Shown here in pieces: positions 1 through 9,800 of a DNA stretch of 64,000 nucleotides. Position numbers and translations under genes: made by a program. The stretch is from NCBI GenBank assembly GCA_963819705.1, contig CAWFXH010000011.1, forward strand, positions 7,529-71,528. Direction: 5' to 3'. This stretch comes from an uncultured Gammaproteobacteria bacterium. Its GTDB lineage: Bacteria; Pseudomonadota; Gammaproteobacteria; Steroidobacterales; Steroidobacteraceae. Numbering within the stretch: position 1 is the stretch's first letter; the number at the start of each line of letters is the position of its first letter. The notes under the pieces are model-generated. The model was not told the origin of the DNA. It saw nothing but the letters and a program-made list of their open reading frames with translations, and did not search any database.

Positions 1-480
1 CGGCTTGAAGAAACCCTCGGCGGAGCTGCGCAGCTCGGTCTGGTGGCGCACCGCGAAGACCGCGATATAGGTGACGAGCAGCCAGCGGGCGATCTCCGAC
101 GGCTGGAAATTCAGCGGGCCAAACCGGATCCAGCGGCGGCTGCCGTTCACTTCGTGGCCGATGCCCGGGATCAGCACCAGGATGAGCAGCGCGAAACTCG
201 CGACCAGGAGCCACGGCGCGAGGCGTTTCCAGACCGAGATAGGCACCACCAGCATCGCGGCGCCGACCGTGCAGCCGAGCAGGGCCGAAAGGAGCTGGCG
301 CTCGAAATAGAAGAACGGGTCACCTGAAAGCCGCTCGGCGACATTGAGCGAGGCTGACGTCACCATCACGAGGCCGACGAGCAGCAGGCCGAAGACGGTA
401 ATCAGGATCACGGGGTCGATGGCGAGCCGCTGCTGGCGGCCCGCGGAGCGCGAGTACTGGAGCGAGATGCCGGCGCTCAT
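1..480 (-). CDS. ftsW: FtsW (SEDS peptidoglycan polymerase / lipid II flippase), N-terminal 160 codons; the gene runs off the left edge
   Basis: Not in the ORF track because there is no stop in the window. Reverse translation from ATG at 480 gives MSAGISLQYSRSAGRQQRLAIDPVILITVFGLLLVGLVMVTSAS...RWIRFGPLNFQPSEIARW. ATGA overlap with the murD stop; expected position after murD in dcw order. Confidence 0.85.
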   Translation of the reverse strand, partial: MSAGISLQYSRSAGRQQRLAIDPVILITVFGLLLVGLVMVTSASLNVAERLSGDPFFYFERQLLSALLGCTVGAAMLVVPISVWKRLAPWLLVASFALLILVLIPGIGHEVNGSRRWIRFGPLNFQPSEIARWLLVTYIAVFAVRHQTELRSSAEGFFKP

Positions 481-1814
481 TGTGGAAGCCCGCGCACGGC
501 TGCGGCGAAAGCCTCGCCGCGCTGTGCGTAGTCGCGGAACATGTCGAAGCTCGCACAGGCAGGCGACAAGAGCACGGTGCTGCCCGGCTGTGCGATCGAG
601 GCCGCGACGGCCACGGCGGTCTCCATGGAGTCCGCGAACGACACGGGGCAGCAACGCGCCAGCGCGGCGGCAAGGAGCGGCGCGTCGCGGCCGATCAACA
701 CCGCGTGCCTTACTTTCCCCTTGCTGGCGGGGCCCAACGGCGCGAAGTCCTGGTCCTTGCCCTCCCCGCCCGCGATCAGCACGAGCGGGCCATCGAGGCC
801 CTCGATGGCTGCGACCGTCGCGCCGACATTCGTGCCCTTCGAGTCGTCGATCCAGGCAATGCCGCGCCAGTCCCGCACGCGCTCCGCACGATGCGGCAGC
901 CCGGGAAAGCGGCGCAGCACGCCGGTCATCGCCTCGCGCGGGAAGCCGCAGACGCTTCCGACCGCGAGCGCTGCGAGCGCGTTCGCCGCATTGTGGCGGC
1001 CTGGCAGGCGCAGGTTGCAGACTGGAAACAGCGGCTCGGTTCCTGCCGCCAGCCAGTCGCCGCCGTCGCGCGCCATCAACCGGAAGTCGGCGTCCCGCCG
1101 GCGCAGGCTGAAGCCGACGCGGCGCTGTCCCGGGCGCGGCATGCGCACGACGATTCCATCATCAAGGTTCACGATTGCGGTCGCCGCACGCTCGAAGATG
1201 CGCGCCTTCGCCGCCGCATACTCGGCGACGTTACGGTACCGGTCGAGGTGGTCGGGCGTCAGGTTCAGCACGGCAGCCGCCTCGAGCTGCAGCGAGTGGG
1301 TCGTCTCGAGCTGGTATGAAGAAAGCTCGAGCACGTACATCGCCGCGGGCGGGCCGGCGAGCAGGTCGAGCGCTGGCTCACCCAGGTTGCCGCCGACACG
1401 CACCTCGAGACCGGCCGCCTTCGCGAACTCGCCGACCAGCGTGGTGACGGTGCTCTTGCCGTTCGTGCCCGTGATCCCGACGACGCGACCGCCCGCCTCG
1501 CGCGCGAAGAGCTCGATGTCGCCGATCAGGTCGAGTCCGAGCGAGGCGGCCTTGCGCAGGAGCGGCTCGGCAAGCGAAACCCCGGGCGAAACGACGATCT
1601 GGTTGGCGCCGTCGAGCACGGCGGGATCGAATCCCCCGAGGGCAGTGACCGCCTCCGGCACAAGGCGACGCAGTTGCGCGAGTCCCGGCGGATCCGCGCG
1701 GGTGTCCGTCACGACGAGGCGGTGCCCGCGCGCGGCAAGGTGCTGGGCAACCGAAACGCCGGTGCGACCCAGACCCACGATCACGCTGCGCGGACTTGCG
1801 GCCGACTGCTGCAT
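477..1814 (-). CDS. murD: UDP-N-acetylmuramoylalanine--D-glutamate ligase
   Basis: C-terminal 445 aa of track ORF 477..2633, starting at ATG 1814 ([19 protein letters not shown]...). GTNGKST P-loop. The upstream part of the track ORF overlaps mraY in another frame and is an artefact. ATGA overlaps with mraY and ftsW. Confidence 0.93.
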   Translation of the reverse strand: MQQSAASPRSVIVGLGRTGVSVAQHLAARGHRLVVTDTRADPPGLAQLRRLVPEAVTALGGFDPAVLDGANQIVVSPGVSLAEPLLRKAASLGLDLIGDIELFAREAGGRVVGITGTNGKSTVTTLVGEFAKAAGLEVRVGGNLGEPALDLLAGPPAAMYVLELSSYQLETTHSLQLEAAAVLNLTPDHLDRYRNVAEYAAAKARIFERAATAIVNLDDGIVVRMPRPGQRRVGFSLRRRDADFRLMARDGGDWLAAGTEPLFPVCNLRLPGRHNAANALAALAVGSVCGFPREAMTGVLRRFPGLPHRAERVRDWRGIAWIDDSKGTNVGATVAAIEGLDGPLVLIAGGEGKDQDFAPLGPASKGKVRHAVLIGRDAPLLAAALARCCPVSFADSMETAVAVAASIAQPGSTVLLSPACASFDMFRDYAQRGEAFAAAVRGLPQ

Positions 1815-2899
1815 CAGCGGAGCTTCAGCGTCGCCAGCCCTATCAGGACCAGCATGAAGGAAATGATCCAGAAGCGGACGATGACCTTCGGCTCGGCCCA
1901 TCCCTTCAGTTCGTAGTGGTGGTGGATAGGCGCCATGCGGAAGATGCGCTTGCCGCGCAGCCGGAATGACGCGACCTGCAGGATCACGGAGACTGTCTCG
2001 AGCACGAAGATGCCGCCCATGATTGCGAGCACGATCTCCTGTCGGACGATCACGGCCACGACCCCGAGTGCGGCGCCGAGCGCGAGCGCGCCGATGTCGC
2101 CCATGAAGACCTGCGCCGGGTAGGTGTTGAACCACAGGAAGCCGAGGCCGGCGCCGACGATCGTCGCGAGGAAGATGAGCATTTCGCCGGCGCCCGGCAC
2201 GTAGGGGATCTGCAGGTAGGCCGCGAAGTTGACATGTCCCGTGACGTAGGCGAAGACGCCGAGCGCCCCCGCGACCATCACGCAGGGCATGATCGCGAGC
2301 CCGTCGAGGCCGTCGGTCAGGTTGACTGCATTGCTCGAGCCCACGATGACGAAGTAGGTGAAGAGAACGAAGGCCGCCGCGCTCATCGGGATCACGACGT
2401 TCTTGAAGAACGGCACGTAAAGCGCCGTCTCTGCAGGCGTGTCGGCCGTCTGCCACAGCGCGGCTGCCGCCGCGAGCCCGGCGAGCGACTGCCAGAGGTA
2501 CTTCCAGCGCGCGGCAAGACCGCGCGGGTCCCGCACCACCAGCTTCAGGTAGTCGTCGTAGAAACCGATCAGCCCGAATGCAAGCGTCACCGTCAGCACG
2601 ACCCAGACGAACCGGTTCGTGAGGTCGGCCCACAGCAGCGTACCTGCCGCGACCGCGACCAGTATCAGCGCACCGCCCATCGTGGGCGTGCCTTTCTTGC
2701 CGAGGTGCGAGCCGGGACCGTCGTCGCGCACGACCTGGCCGATCTGGCGCGCGGCCAGCATGCGGATCATCGACGGCCCGACGAAAAGCGCGATCGTCAG
2801 CGCAGTCAGCGCGGCAAAGATCGCGCGCAGCGTGAGGTAGCCGAATACCCGGAACCCGCCGTAGTAACCCGTCAGCCAGTCGAACAGGTCGAGCAACAT
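1814..2899 (-). CDS. mraY: Phospho-N-acetylmuramoyl-pentapeptide transferase
   Basis: 361-aa polytopic membrane ORF with typical MraY motifs ([37 protein letters not shown]). dcw order. Confidence 0.95.
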   Translation of the reverse strand: MLLDLFDWLTGYYGGFRVFGYLTLRAIFAALTALTIALFVGPSMIRMLAARQIGQVVRDDGPGSHLGKKGTPTMGGALILVAVAAGTLLWADLTNRFVWVVLTVTLAFGLIGFYDDYLKLVVRDPRGLAARWKYLWQSLAGLAAAAALWQTADTPAETALYVPFFKNVVIPMSAAAFVLFTYFVIVGSSNAVNLTDGLDGLAIMPCVMVAGALGVFAYVTGHVNFAAYLQIPYVPGAGEMLIFLATIVGAGLGFLWFNTYPAQVFMGDIGALALGAALGVVAVIVRQEIVLAIMGGIFVLETVSVILQVASFRLRGKRIFRMAPIHHHYELKGWAEPKVIVRFWIISFMLVLIGLATLKLR

Positions 2900-2908
2900 G
2901 TCGCGCCC

Positions 2909-4285
2909 TCAGTTCCCGTTGCCTGCTGCCGGTAGCGGGACTGCAAGCCGCTCGACGACGCGTTCCAGCCGGTTGACCCGCGATCCCTTGAAGAGCGTTG
3001 TCACGCCAGTCTCGAGGCTGGCCGCGAGCGTGTCCGCAAGGCGCGCCGCGTCCTCGTACCAGGCGGCGCGGGCACCGAAGGCATCGACGGCGTGGCGCGC
3101 GGCTTCTCCCATCGCAAACATCCGGGTGACGCCCGCACGGCGCGCGTAGTCGCCGATACCGGCGTGGCTCGCCACGGTCTCCTCGCCGAGCTCGGCCATC
3201 TCCCCGAGCACCAGCCAGTGCTCGCCGGGCAGCGCGCAGAGCACGTCTATTCCGGCGCGCACCGAGCTCGGATTGGCGTTGTAGGAATCGTCGATCAGCC
3301 AGGAGCCGCGCGGACCGGGTCTCAACTGCAGCCGCCCGGCGACTGGGCGAGTACGCTCGAGCCCTGCGACGATTTCGCGCAGACCGACGCCGGCGGCGTG
3401 GGCAGCCGCAGCCGCGCCCAGGGCATTCGACACGTTGTGGCGGCCCGCGAGCCCAAGCCGCACGCGAGTCTGGTTGCCACCGATCGCCAGCATGAAAGTC
3501 GTGGCGAATGCACCCGATTCGATGCGGCCCTGGATCGCCTGCGCACGCACGTCGGCAGGCACGTCGATCGCGAAACGGACGATTCGCGCGCCCCTCGCCA
3601 TGGTCTGCCAGAGCCCGGCGAACGGGTCGTCCGCGTTGATGACGGCGGTTCCGTCAGGTTCCAGTGCGGCGTACAACTCGCCCTCGGCGCGGGCAACGCC
3701 AGCAAGGTCGCCGAACCCCTCGAGGTGCTCGTCCCCCGCGTTCGTGACCAGCGCAATCGACGGCCGCGCCAGCGCCGCGAGCGCGGCAATTTCGCCGGGG
3801 TGATTGGCGCCCATCTCGATGACCGCGTAACGGTGCCCCGGATCGAGCCGAAGCAGCGTCAACGGCACGCCAATGTGATTGTTGAGATTGCCTCGCGTCG
3901 CCAGCGTGGGACCGGCACAACCCAGGATCGCGTAAAGGAATTCCTTGGTCGTCGTCTTGCCATTGCTTCCGCCGACTCCGAGGACCAGCGTGTCGCATTT
4001 GCTGCGCCAGGCGCCGGCGAGTGCCGTGAGCGCTGCCTGCGTCTCGCCGACGATGACCTGAGGCAGCGCGGCCTGCGCCGCCTGCTCGACCACAGCCCCC
4101 GCCGCCCCGCGGTCGCGCGCCGCGGCCAGGTAAGCGTGGCCGTCGAAGCGGGTGCCGCGGATCGCGACGAAGAGCTGGCCCTGCTCGATCGTCCGCGAGT
4201 CGATGGAAACGCCCGCGAAACCGGCGTCCTCGCCGACGAGACGGCCTGCGGTCACGGCGGCGATTTCGGACAGCTGGCCCTTCAC
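2909..4285 (-). CDS. murF: UDP-N-acetylmuramoyl-tripeptide--D-alanyl-D-alanine ligase
   Basis: 458-aa ORF, Mur ligase P-loop GGSNGKTTTKE. Position between murE and mraY; 4-nt overlap with murE. Confidence 0.93.
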   Translation of the reverse strand: MKGQLSEIAAVTAGRLVGEDAGFAGVSIDSRTIEQGQLFVAIRGTRFDGHAYLAAARDRGAAGAVVEQAAQAALPQVIVGETQAALTALAGAWRSKCDTLVLGVGGSNGKTTTKEFLYAILGCAGPTLATRGNLNNHIGVPLTLLRLDPGHRYAVIEMGANHPGEIAALAALARPSIALVTNAGDEHLEGFGDLAGVARAEGELYAALEPDGTAVINADDPFAGLWQTMARGARIVRFAIDVPADVRAQAIQGRIESGAFATTFMLAIGGNQTRVRLGLAGRHNVSNALGAAAAAHAAGVGLREIVAGLERTRPVAGRLQLRPGPRGSWLIDDSYNANPSSVRAGIDVLCALPGEHWLVLGEMAELGEETVASHAGIGDYARRAGVTRMFAMGEAARHAVDAFGARAAWYEDAARLADTLAASLETGVTTLFKGSRVNRLERVVERLAVPLPAAGNGN

Positions 4286-5766
4286 GGTGCGCCGCCGGTG
4301 CGATCGCGCAGGCAGTCTCGATCGCTGAACGGGCGGCGCTCGTTGCCGACGACCTGGTAGTCCTCGTGTCCCTTGCCGGCGATCAGGACCGCGTCGCCGG
4401 ACCCCGCCCCGGCGACCGCCAATTCAATCGCGTGCGCGCGATCACGCTCGACGAGGGCCTTCTCCGGATGCCGGAATCCCCGCAGGATCATGGCGACAAT
4501 GCGGTCCCCATCCTCGCTGCGCGGGTTGTCGTCGGTGACGATGACGCGGTCGGCGAGCCGCTCCGCAGCTTCTCCCATCAGCGCGCGCTTGCCGGGGTCA
4601 CGCTCTCCCCCGCAACCGAACACGACGATCACGCGCCCGCGGGCGTGCGCGCGTACCGCGGCGAGCGCTTTCGCGAGCGCGTCGGGCGTGTGTGCGTAGT
4701 CGACCACCGCGAGCGCCCCGCTTGCGAGGCGGTGCCCTTCCATGCGCCCGGGCGGCGCATCGCAGGTCCCGAGCGCACCGAGTGCATCGTCCACCCCGAA
4801 CTGCCAGGCAAGCAGCACGCCGAGCGTCACGGCAAGGTTTTCGGCGTTGAATTCGCCGATCAGGCGTGAGCGCAGGCGCCGGGCGCCGAAGTGGCCAGTG
4901 ATTTCCAGCTCGATGCCCGTCTCGGCGGCGTGCACGCGCCCGACGTGGATGAAGCGCGCCGCCTCCGGTGCCTCACCACCGACCGCCACCGCCGTAAGCA
5001 CGACGCCGGGCTCGAGCCCGGTCGCGAAGCGTGCGCCGACGGCATCGCCGACGTTGATCACCGCGTGCTCAAGTCCGGGCAGCCTGAACAGGCGCCGCTT
5101 GGCCTCGGCGTAGCATTGCATCGTTCCGTGGTACTCGAGGTGGTCGCGGCTCAGGTTGCAGAACGCGGCGACCCGCATGCGGACGCCGTCGATGCGATGC
5201 TGGTCGAGTGCATGGGACGACACTTCCATCGCTACGTGGCTCGCGCCCGCATCGGCGAGCGCGCGCAATTGCCGGTGCAGCGCGATGACGTCGGGCGTCG
5301 TCAGCGTGGCGCCCTTCACGTCCGGTGGAAATCCGCTGCCGAGCGTGCCCACATAGGCGCCGCGGCGCGCGAGCCGCAGGGCGGCGGACGCGAGCAGCCA
5401 GGCGCAGGTGGTCTTGCCATTCGTGCCCGTGACGCCCGCGATCGTGAGCCGTGACGAGGGCATGCCATAGAAACGGTCCGCGATGCCTCCGAGGCGGTCA
5501 CGCAGTTCGCGCACGGCGACGCAGGGAACCTGGGCGATCCCGTCGTCGGGCGCCTGCCCCTCCGCGGGATCCCAAAGAATTGCGCTGGCGCCGCGCGCGG
5601 CCGCCTCTGTCGCGTGTTCGAGACCGTGGCCGCGGCCGCCGCGCAGCGCGACGAAAGCGTCGCCAGCGACGACGGTTCGCGAATCGAGCGTGAGCCCGGA
5701 TACGTCCACGCGCGGCGCGGGCGCGAGGCCCGCAAGCAGATCGTCGAGCCGGAAATGCGCGCTCAT
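4282..5766 (-). CDS. murE: UDP-N-acetylmuramoyl-L-alanyl-D-glutamate--2,6-diaminopimelate ligase
   Basis: 494-aa ORF with GVTGTNGKTT P-loop and the DNPR motif (VTDDNPRSED) typical of meso-DAP-adding MurE. ATGA overlap with the ftsI stop. Confidence 0.93.
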   Translation of the reverse strand: MSAHFRLDDLLAGLAPAPRVDVSGLTLDSRTVVAGDAFVALRGGRGHGLEHATEAAARGASAILWDPAEGQAPDDGIAQVPCVAVRELRDRLGGIADRFYGMPSSRLTIAGVTGTNGKTTCAWLLASAALRLARRGAYVGTLGSGFPPDVKGATLTTPDVIALHRQLRALADAGASHVAMEVSSHALDQHRIDGVRMRVAAFCNLSRDHLEYHGTMQCYAEAKRRLFRLPGLEHAVINVGDAVGARFATGLEPGVVLTAVAVGGEAPEAARFIHVGRVHAAETGIELEITGHFGARRLRSRLIGEFNAENLAVTLGVLLAWQFGVDDALGALGTCDAPPGRMEGHRLASGALAVVDYAHTPDALAKALAAVRAHARGRVIVVFGCGGERDPGKRALMGEAAERLADRVIVTDDNPRSEDGDRIVAMILRGFRHPEKALVERDRAHAIELAVAGAGSGDAVLIAGKGHEDYQVVGNERRPFSDRDCLRDRTGGAP

Positions 5767-7481
5767 GGCCCGGTGTCCGCGTCGCCGACGGGCGAGACGT
5801 GCGCAAGGTCGTCCGGCGCCACCGACATCAGGCGCAACGCGCCGGAAGTAACCGCCGAGAACACCGGCGCCGCGACGTCTCCGCCGTAGTACAGGGCGCC
5901 CTGGGGCTCGTCGACCATCACCACGACGGCGAGTCGGGGCTGCGTCGCCGGCACGACGCCAGCGAAGACCGAGAGGTAGCGGTCGGTCGAGTAGCCGCCG
6001 GGAATCGCCTTCCAGGCGGTGCCCGTCTTGCCCGCGACCCGGTAGCCGGGCACCGCAGCCTTGGCGCCCGTGCCGGCGGGCGTCACTGCAAGCTCGAGCA
6101 GGCCGATCAGGTCGCGCGCGACCCTTGCGGGCAATTGGCGCTCTCCGGTCACCGGCTCCTCGACGTGCCGGAAAGTGATCGGCCGGTGCAGACCAAAGGC
6201 GCCGATGGTCGCGTAGGCCTGGGCAAGCTGCAGCGGCGTCACCGACAGGCCGTATCCATAGGCCATCGTCGCGATATTGATCGGGCGCCAGTTCGAGGCA
6301 TTCGACAGCAGCCCGGCGGACTCGCCCGGAAATCCGCTGGCCGTCACCTCGCCGAAGCCGAGCCGGCGCAGCGTGTCGTGCATGAGGTCGCGGTCGAGCG
6401 AGAGCGCGATCTTCGCCATTCCGACATTGCTCGAGCGCGCTAGGACCTGGCCGAGGTCAATGGTGCCGAGGTCGTGATGGTCGCGGATGGTCCGCGAGCC
6501 GATCTTGAAGGGCATGGCGTCGATCGTCGATTCCGGACGATAGCGCCCGGAGGCGAGGGCTGCGGCGACCACGAAAGGCTTGATGCTCGAACCGGGCTCG
6601 AAGATGTCCGTCACGGCACGGTTGCGGTAGCGCGGCACCTCGTACTGGGTGCGGTCGTTGGGATTGAAGGATGGCTGGTTGACCATCGCGAGTACCTCGC
6701 CGGTCGCGATGTCGAGCATGATCACGGTGCCCGCTCGCGCATGACGGGCGCGGACGGCGGCCTTCAGTTCGCGATATGCCAGGTACTGGATGCGCAGGTC
6801 GATGCTCGTATGCAAATCCTCGCCCTCGACCGGCGAGCGCAGGACTTCCACGTTCTGGATCACCTGGCCGTGGCCGTCCTGGATCACGCGTTTCTCGCCA
6901 TCGATGCCCGCGAGCGAGCGGTCAAATGCGAGTTCGAGGCCCTCCTGCCCCGCCTCGTCGAGATTGGTGAAGCCGAGCAGGTGGCCGGTCACCTCGGCGT
7001 TCGGGTAGAAGCGCTTGTACTCACGCAGGAAATAGACGCCCGGGATCTTCAACTCGCGGATCCTGGAAGCCTCCGAAGGATCGATGTGGCGTGAGACGTA
7101 CAGGAACTCGCGATCGAGGTTGCTCGTGACGCGCTGCTCGAGCCACTGGCGGTTGAGCTTGAGTGCGCGCGCGAGCCGCACGATCCCGTCGCCGGCTTCC
7201 GCAAACTCGGGCGGGTTGACCCAGACCGTGTCGACCGGGGAGCTGACTGCGAGCGGTTCGCCGAACCGGTCGAAGATCGCGCCGCGGTGCGCGAGCATCT
7301 TCGCGTCACGCGCATGCCGCATGTCCGCCTGCCTCGCAATGAACTGCTGGTCGAACACCTGCAGTTGTACCGAGCGCCCGAGCAGCACAAGCGCGCTCAG
7401 CGCGAGCATCGCGACCAGGAGGCGCGCGCGCACGCGGAACTGCGGGGCATCGAACTCGATCTCGCCGTCGCGTCGCCTCAT
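5763..7481 (-). CDS. ftsI: Peptidoglycan D,D-transpeptidase FtsI (PBP3)
   Basis: 572-aa ORF with an N-terminal TM anchor and the penicillin-binding motifs SSIK (GSSIKP), SSN (ARSSNVG) and KTGT (AGKTGTA). dcw order. Confidence 0.93.
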   Translation of the reverse strand: MRRRDGEIEFDAPQFRVRARLLVAMLALSALVLLGRSVQLQVFDQQFIARQADMRHARDAKMLAHRGAIFDRFGEPLAVSSPVDTVWVNPPEFAEAGDGIVRLARALKLNRQWLEQRVTSNLDREFLYVSRHIDPSEASRIRELKIPGVYFLREYKRFYPNAEVTGHLLGFTNLDEAGQEGLELAFDRSLAGIDGEKRVIQDGHGQVIQNVEVLRSPVEGEDLHTSIDLRIQYLAYRELKAAVRARHARAGTVIMLDIATGEVLAMVNQPSFNPNDRTQYEVPRYRNRAVTDIFEPGSSIKPFVVAAALASGRYRPESTIDAMPFKIGSRTIRDHHDLGTIDLGQVLARSSNVGMAKIALSLDRDLMHDTLRRLGFGEVTASGFPGESAGLLSNASNWRPINIATMAYGYGLSVTPLQLAQAYATIGAFGLHRPITFRHVEEPVTGERQLPARVARDLIGLLELAVTPAGTGAKAAVPGYRVAGKTGTAWKAIPGGYSTDRYLSVFAGVVPATQPRLAVVVMVDEPQGALYYGGDVAAPVFSAVTSGALRLMSVAPDDLAHVSPVGDADTGP

Positions 7482-7753
7482 TGGGCGACAATCCGGACTT
7501 CATCGGGCTTCGGGAATACCATGTTTCCGCGATCGACGGCGACCCGCTCGACAAAGGCATGGTTCGACCAGGCGCTCTGCTCGAGCTGCTGCCGGCCCCA
7601 TTCGATGTTGAGGGCGTCCCGTTCTGCGGACAGGTGCTCGAGCTGCACGAATAGCGCGCGCGATTCGTGGCGTGCGCGCACCACGGCGATCGCGGAGGCG
7701 AGCACCGCCAGCCAGAGCAGGGGCAGGGCGATGAATGTCCAGCGCCGGCTCAT
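7478..7753 (-). CDS. ftsL: Cell division protein FtsL
   Basis: 91-aa bitopic protein (TM helix, then coiled-coil RALFVQLEHLSAERDALNIEWGRQQLE). Sits between rsmH and ftsI with 4-nt overlaps on both sides. Confidence 0.85.
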   Translation of the reverse strand: MSRRWTFIALPLLWLAVLASAIAVVRARHESRALFVQLEHLSAERDALNIEWGRQQLEQSAWSNHAFVERVAVDRGNMVFPKPDEVRIVAQ

Positions 7754-8709
7754 TCGCCGAGCCTTTCGGCGACACGCATGACGGCGCTGCGCGCTCGCGG
7801 ATTTTGCGCCACCTCGGTCTCGTCGGCGAAAGTCGCGCGCCCGACGAGCCGGAGCCGTGGCCGTGCCGCGGCGGGAATGGCCGGCAGCCCGGCCCAGGCT
7901 GGGTGCTCACGCGTTGCCGCGCGCATGAAGCGCTTGACGATGCGGTCCTCAAGCGAATGAAAGCTGATCACGACGAGCCGTCCGCCGGGGGCAAGCGCGC
8001 CGACTGCCTGCGGCAGGGCATGCTCGATTTCCCCGAGCTCGTCGTTGACGTGGATGCGCAGCGCCTGAAACGTGCGCGTGGCCGGGTGGCGGCCCGGCTC
8101 GCGCCCCGGCACGGCGGCCGCGACGATGCCCGCCAGCCGCCCGGTCGTCCCGATCGGGCCGGACTCCCGGGCCGCGACGATCGCGCGTGCGATGCGCCGC
8201 GCATGGCGCTCCTCGCCGAGCCGCGCGATCACGGCGGCGATCTCCCGCTCGTCCGAGCGCGCGAGGAACTCGGCCGCGGACTCACCGGCATCGGGATCCA
8301 TGCGCATGTCGAGCGGCCCGTCCCGCAGGAAGCTGAATCCGCGCCGTGCCTCGTCAAGCTGTGGTGATGAGACGCCGAGGTCGAAGAGGATGCCGTTGGC
8401 GGTCGCGGGCGGTACGTGGCGCTCGAGTTCCGAGAATCGCGCGCGCGCGAAGCGTGCGCGCGGATCTGCATCAAAGAGAACTGCCGCGGCCGCCGCGGCC
8501 TCGGGATCGCGATCGATGGCAATCAAGCTCCCCTCTTCACCGAGCCGGCTGAGGATTTCCCCGGCGTGACCACCACGACCGAACGTCGCGTCCACGTAGC
8601 AGCCTTCGGCCCGGATCGCGAGCGATTCAATCGCCGCGTTCCTGAGCACCGGCGCGTGTACCCCGCCGCGCGGCTCCGTCTGCGGCACGCCGTTCGGCGC
8701 GCCGATCAC
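7750..8709 (-). CDS. rsmH: 16S rRNA (cytosine1402-N4)-methyltransferase
   Basis: Track ORF 7750..8805 contains HAPVLRNAAIESL...DATFGRGGHA...SFHSLEDRIVK. I prefer the in-frame GTG at 8709, which forms a GTGA overlap with the mraZ stop and gives ~319 aa. The longer start at 8805 would overlap mraZ by 100 nt. Confidence 0.88.
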   Translation of the reverse strand: MIGAPNGVPQTEPRGGVHAPVLRNAAIESLAIRAEGCYVDATFGRGGHAGEILSRLGEEGSLIAIDRDPEAAAAAAVLFDADPRARFARARFSELERHVPPATANGILFDLGVSSPQLDEARRGFSFLRDGPLDMRMDPDAGESAAEFLARSDEREIAAVIARLGEERHARRIARAIVAARESGPIGTTGRLAGIVAAAVPGREPGRHPATRTFQALRIHVNDELGEIEHALPQAVGALAPGGRLVVISFHSLEDRIVKRFMRAATREHPAWAGLPAIPAAARPRLRLVGRATFADETEVAQNPRARSAVMRVAERLGE

Positions 8710-9158
8710 AGCGAAAGTGAACCCAGCTCCGCCGGCAGCGACGTCGACGGAATTTCTCCGTTCAGCCACTGCTCGCGACGCTCGTTCCAACGCTGTTCGT
8801 CCCACAACTCGAAGCGATTGCCCTGCCCGATCAGCATCGCGTTCCGCTCGAGGTGCGCGAACTCGCGCAGCGTCGGCGGCAGCAGCAGTCGGCCGTGCCC
8901 GTCGAGTTCGACGTCGGTCGCATGACCAACCATCAATCCCATCAATCGGCGCGTGTGATCGTTCAAGCTCGGCAACCGCAGGAGCTTCCGTTCGATTTCT
9001 TCCCAGTCAGGCAGCGGGTAGATGAGCAGGCATCGGTCGCTGTCGATCGTGACCACGAGCCGGGACTCGCCACGTTCGGCCATGCGCTCGCGATACCGGG
9101 TGGGAATGACCATCCGGCCCTTCGTATCGAGGGTGACCTTCGTTGCGCCGCGAAACAC
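8706..9158 (-). CDS. mraZ: Transcriptional regulator MraZ
   Basis: 150-aa ORF (GTG start) with the duplicated MraZ/SpoVT-AbrB-like units (TLDTKGRMVIPTRYRE and ELDGHGRLLLPPTLRE). First gene of the dcw cluster. Confidence 0.9.
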   Translation of the reverse strand: MFRGATKVTLDTKGRMVIPTRYRERMAERGESRLVVTIDSDRCLLIYPLPDWEEIERKLLRLPSLNDHTRRLMGLMVGHATDVELDGHGRLLLPPTLREFAHLERNAMLIGQGNRFELWDEQRWNERREQWLNGEIPSTSLPAELGSLSL

Positions 9159-9177
9159 GAGTTAAAACGGGACGTTG

Positions 9178-9202
9178 TCCCATTCCCCCCCACTTTTTCC
9201 CA
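9178..9202 (-). promoter_or_regulatory. Putative MraZ operator: three direct TGGG(R) repeats
   Basis: The minus strand reads GTGGGaaaaaGTGGGgggaaTGGGA, with T positions at 9201, 9191 and 9182 (spacing 10 and 9 nt). It lies between the predicted -10 and the mraZ start. This matches the published E. coli MraZ box architecture (TGGGN direct repeats, ~10-nt period). Confidence 0.55.
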
Positions 9203-9210
9203 CTCGCTGC

Positions 9211-9239
9211 CACTATAGGCAGCCCATGGGACCCGGTCA
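9211..9239 (-). promoter_or_regulatory. Sigma70-type promoter for mraZ/dcw (Pmra)
   Basis: Minus strand: TTGACC (9239-9234), 17-nt spacer, TATAGT (9216-9211). Close to the TTGACA-N17-TATAAT consensus, ~55 nt upstream of the mraZ start and immediately upstream of the MraZ boxes. Confidence 0.5.
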
Positions 9240-9399
9240 ACGGGTCAGCGCGAAAAATTTCGTGACGCGTCAGTCACTTAGCGCCGAAGGCGGAAGCCCA
9301 TTCTCGCCGGACACAGGGATACGTAAATCAGCAACTTACACGCCGTTCCTGCAGCGACTTGTCACGTCGGCGCTGTTTTTTTGTTCAGCCGCGGGCGAT

Positions 9400-9770
9400 G
9401 AATGGGAGTCGGCCGATAAGCCGGGTTCTGTCGAGGGCAATCATTCCTCTGGGATGCACGTCGCCATGCACCTCATGCGGCCTACCCGGAAGCACGCGCG
9501 GGCCGCGCGCCGCGGCTTTCGCCGCTTGCTTCCCTATTTGGCCTTGCTCCCGGCGGGGTTTGCCTTGCCGTCGCCGTTGCCGTCGACGCGGTGCGCTCTT
9601 ACCGCACCATTTCAACCTTGCCGTCGCGCTTGCGCGCGCTTGGGCGGTTTATTTTCTGTTGCACTTTCCGTGGGCTCGCGCCCCCCAGGCGTTACCTGGC
9701 GCCGTGCCATGCGGAGCCCGGACTTTCCTCCGCTTTCTCGCGAAAACGGCGATTGCCTGGCCGACTCCCG
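9400..9770 (-). ncRNA. rnpB: RNase P RNA, bacterial type A
   Basis: The minus strand carries the universal P4 strands GAGGAAAGUCCGGGCUCC (around 9713-9730) and ACAGAACCCGGCUUAUCGGCC (around 9411-9431). Also present: GGUAACGCCUGGG, GUGCAACAGAAA, GGUGCGGUAAGAGCGCACC and GCAAGGCCAAAUAGGG. P1 pairs GGGAGUCGGCC (9769-9759) with GGCCGACUCCC (9414-9404). Ends are good to about +/-5 nt. Confidence 0.93.
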
Positions 9771-9800
9771 GCACCACCTTAGTGCCTCCGGAGCCGCCTC

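Noticed and set aside
477-2633. Long N-terminal extensions in the ORF track (murD 718 aa, rsmI 545 aa, lpoA 903 aa, petC 576 aa, mpl 678 aa, hemL 571 aa, rapZ 442 aa and others)
   Set aside because: In each case the recognisable family N-terminus begins at an internal start. That start is coupled to the upstream gene's stop or preceded by an SD. The extension overlaps a neighbouring bona fide gene in another frame or strand.
9261-9276. 10-bp perfect palindrome TGACGCGTCA (GTGAC-N6-GTCAC) about 60 nt upstream of the predicted Pmra start
   Set aside because: The half-site spacing (GTGA-N8-TCAC) does not fit CRP/FNR sites. I cannot tie it to any regulator, and a single short GC-rich palindrome is weak evidence.
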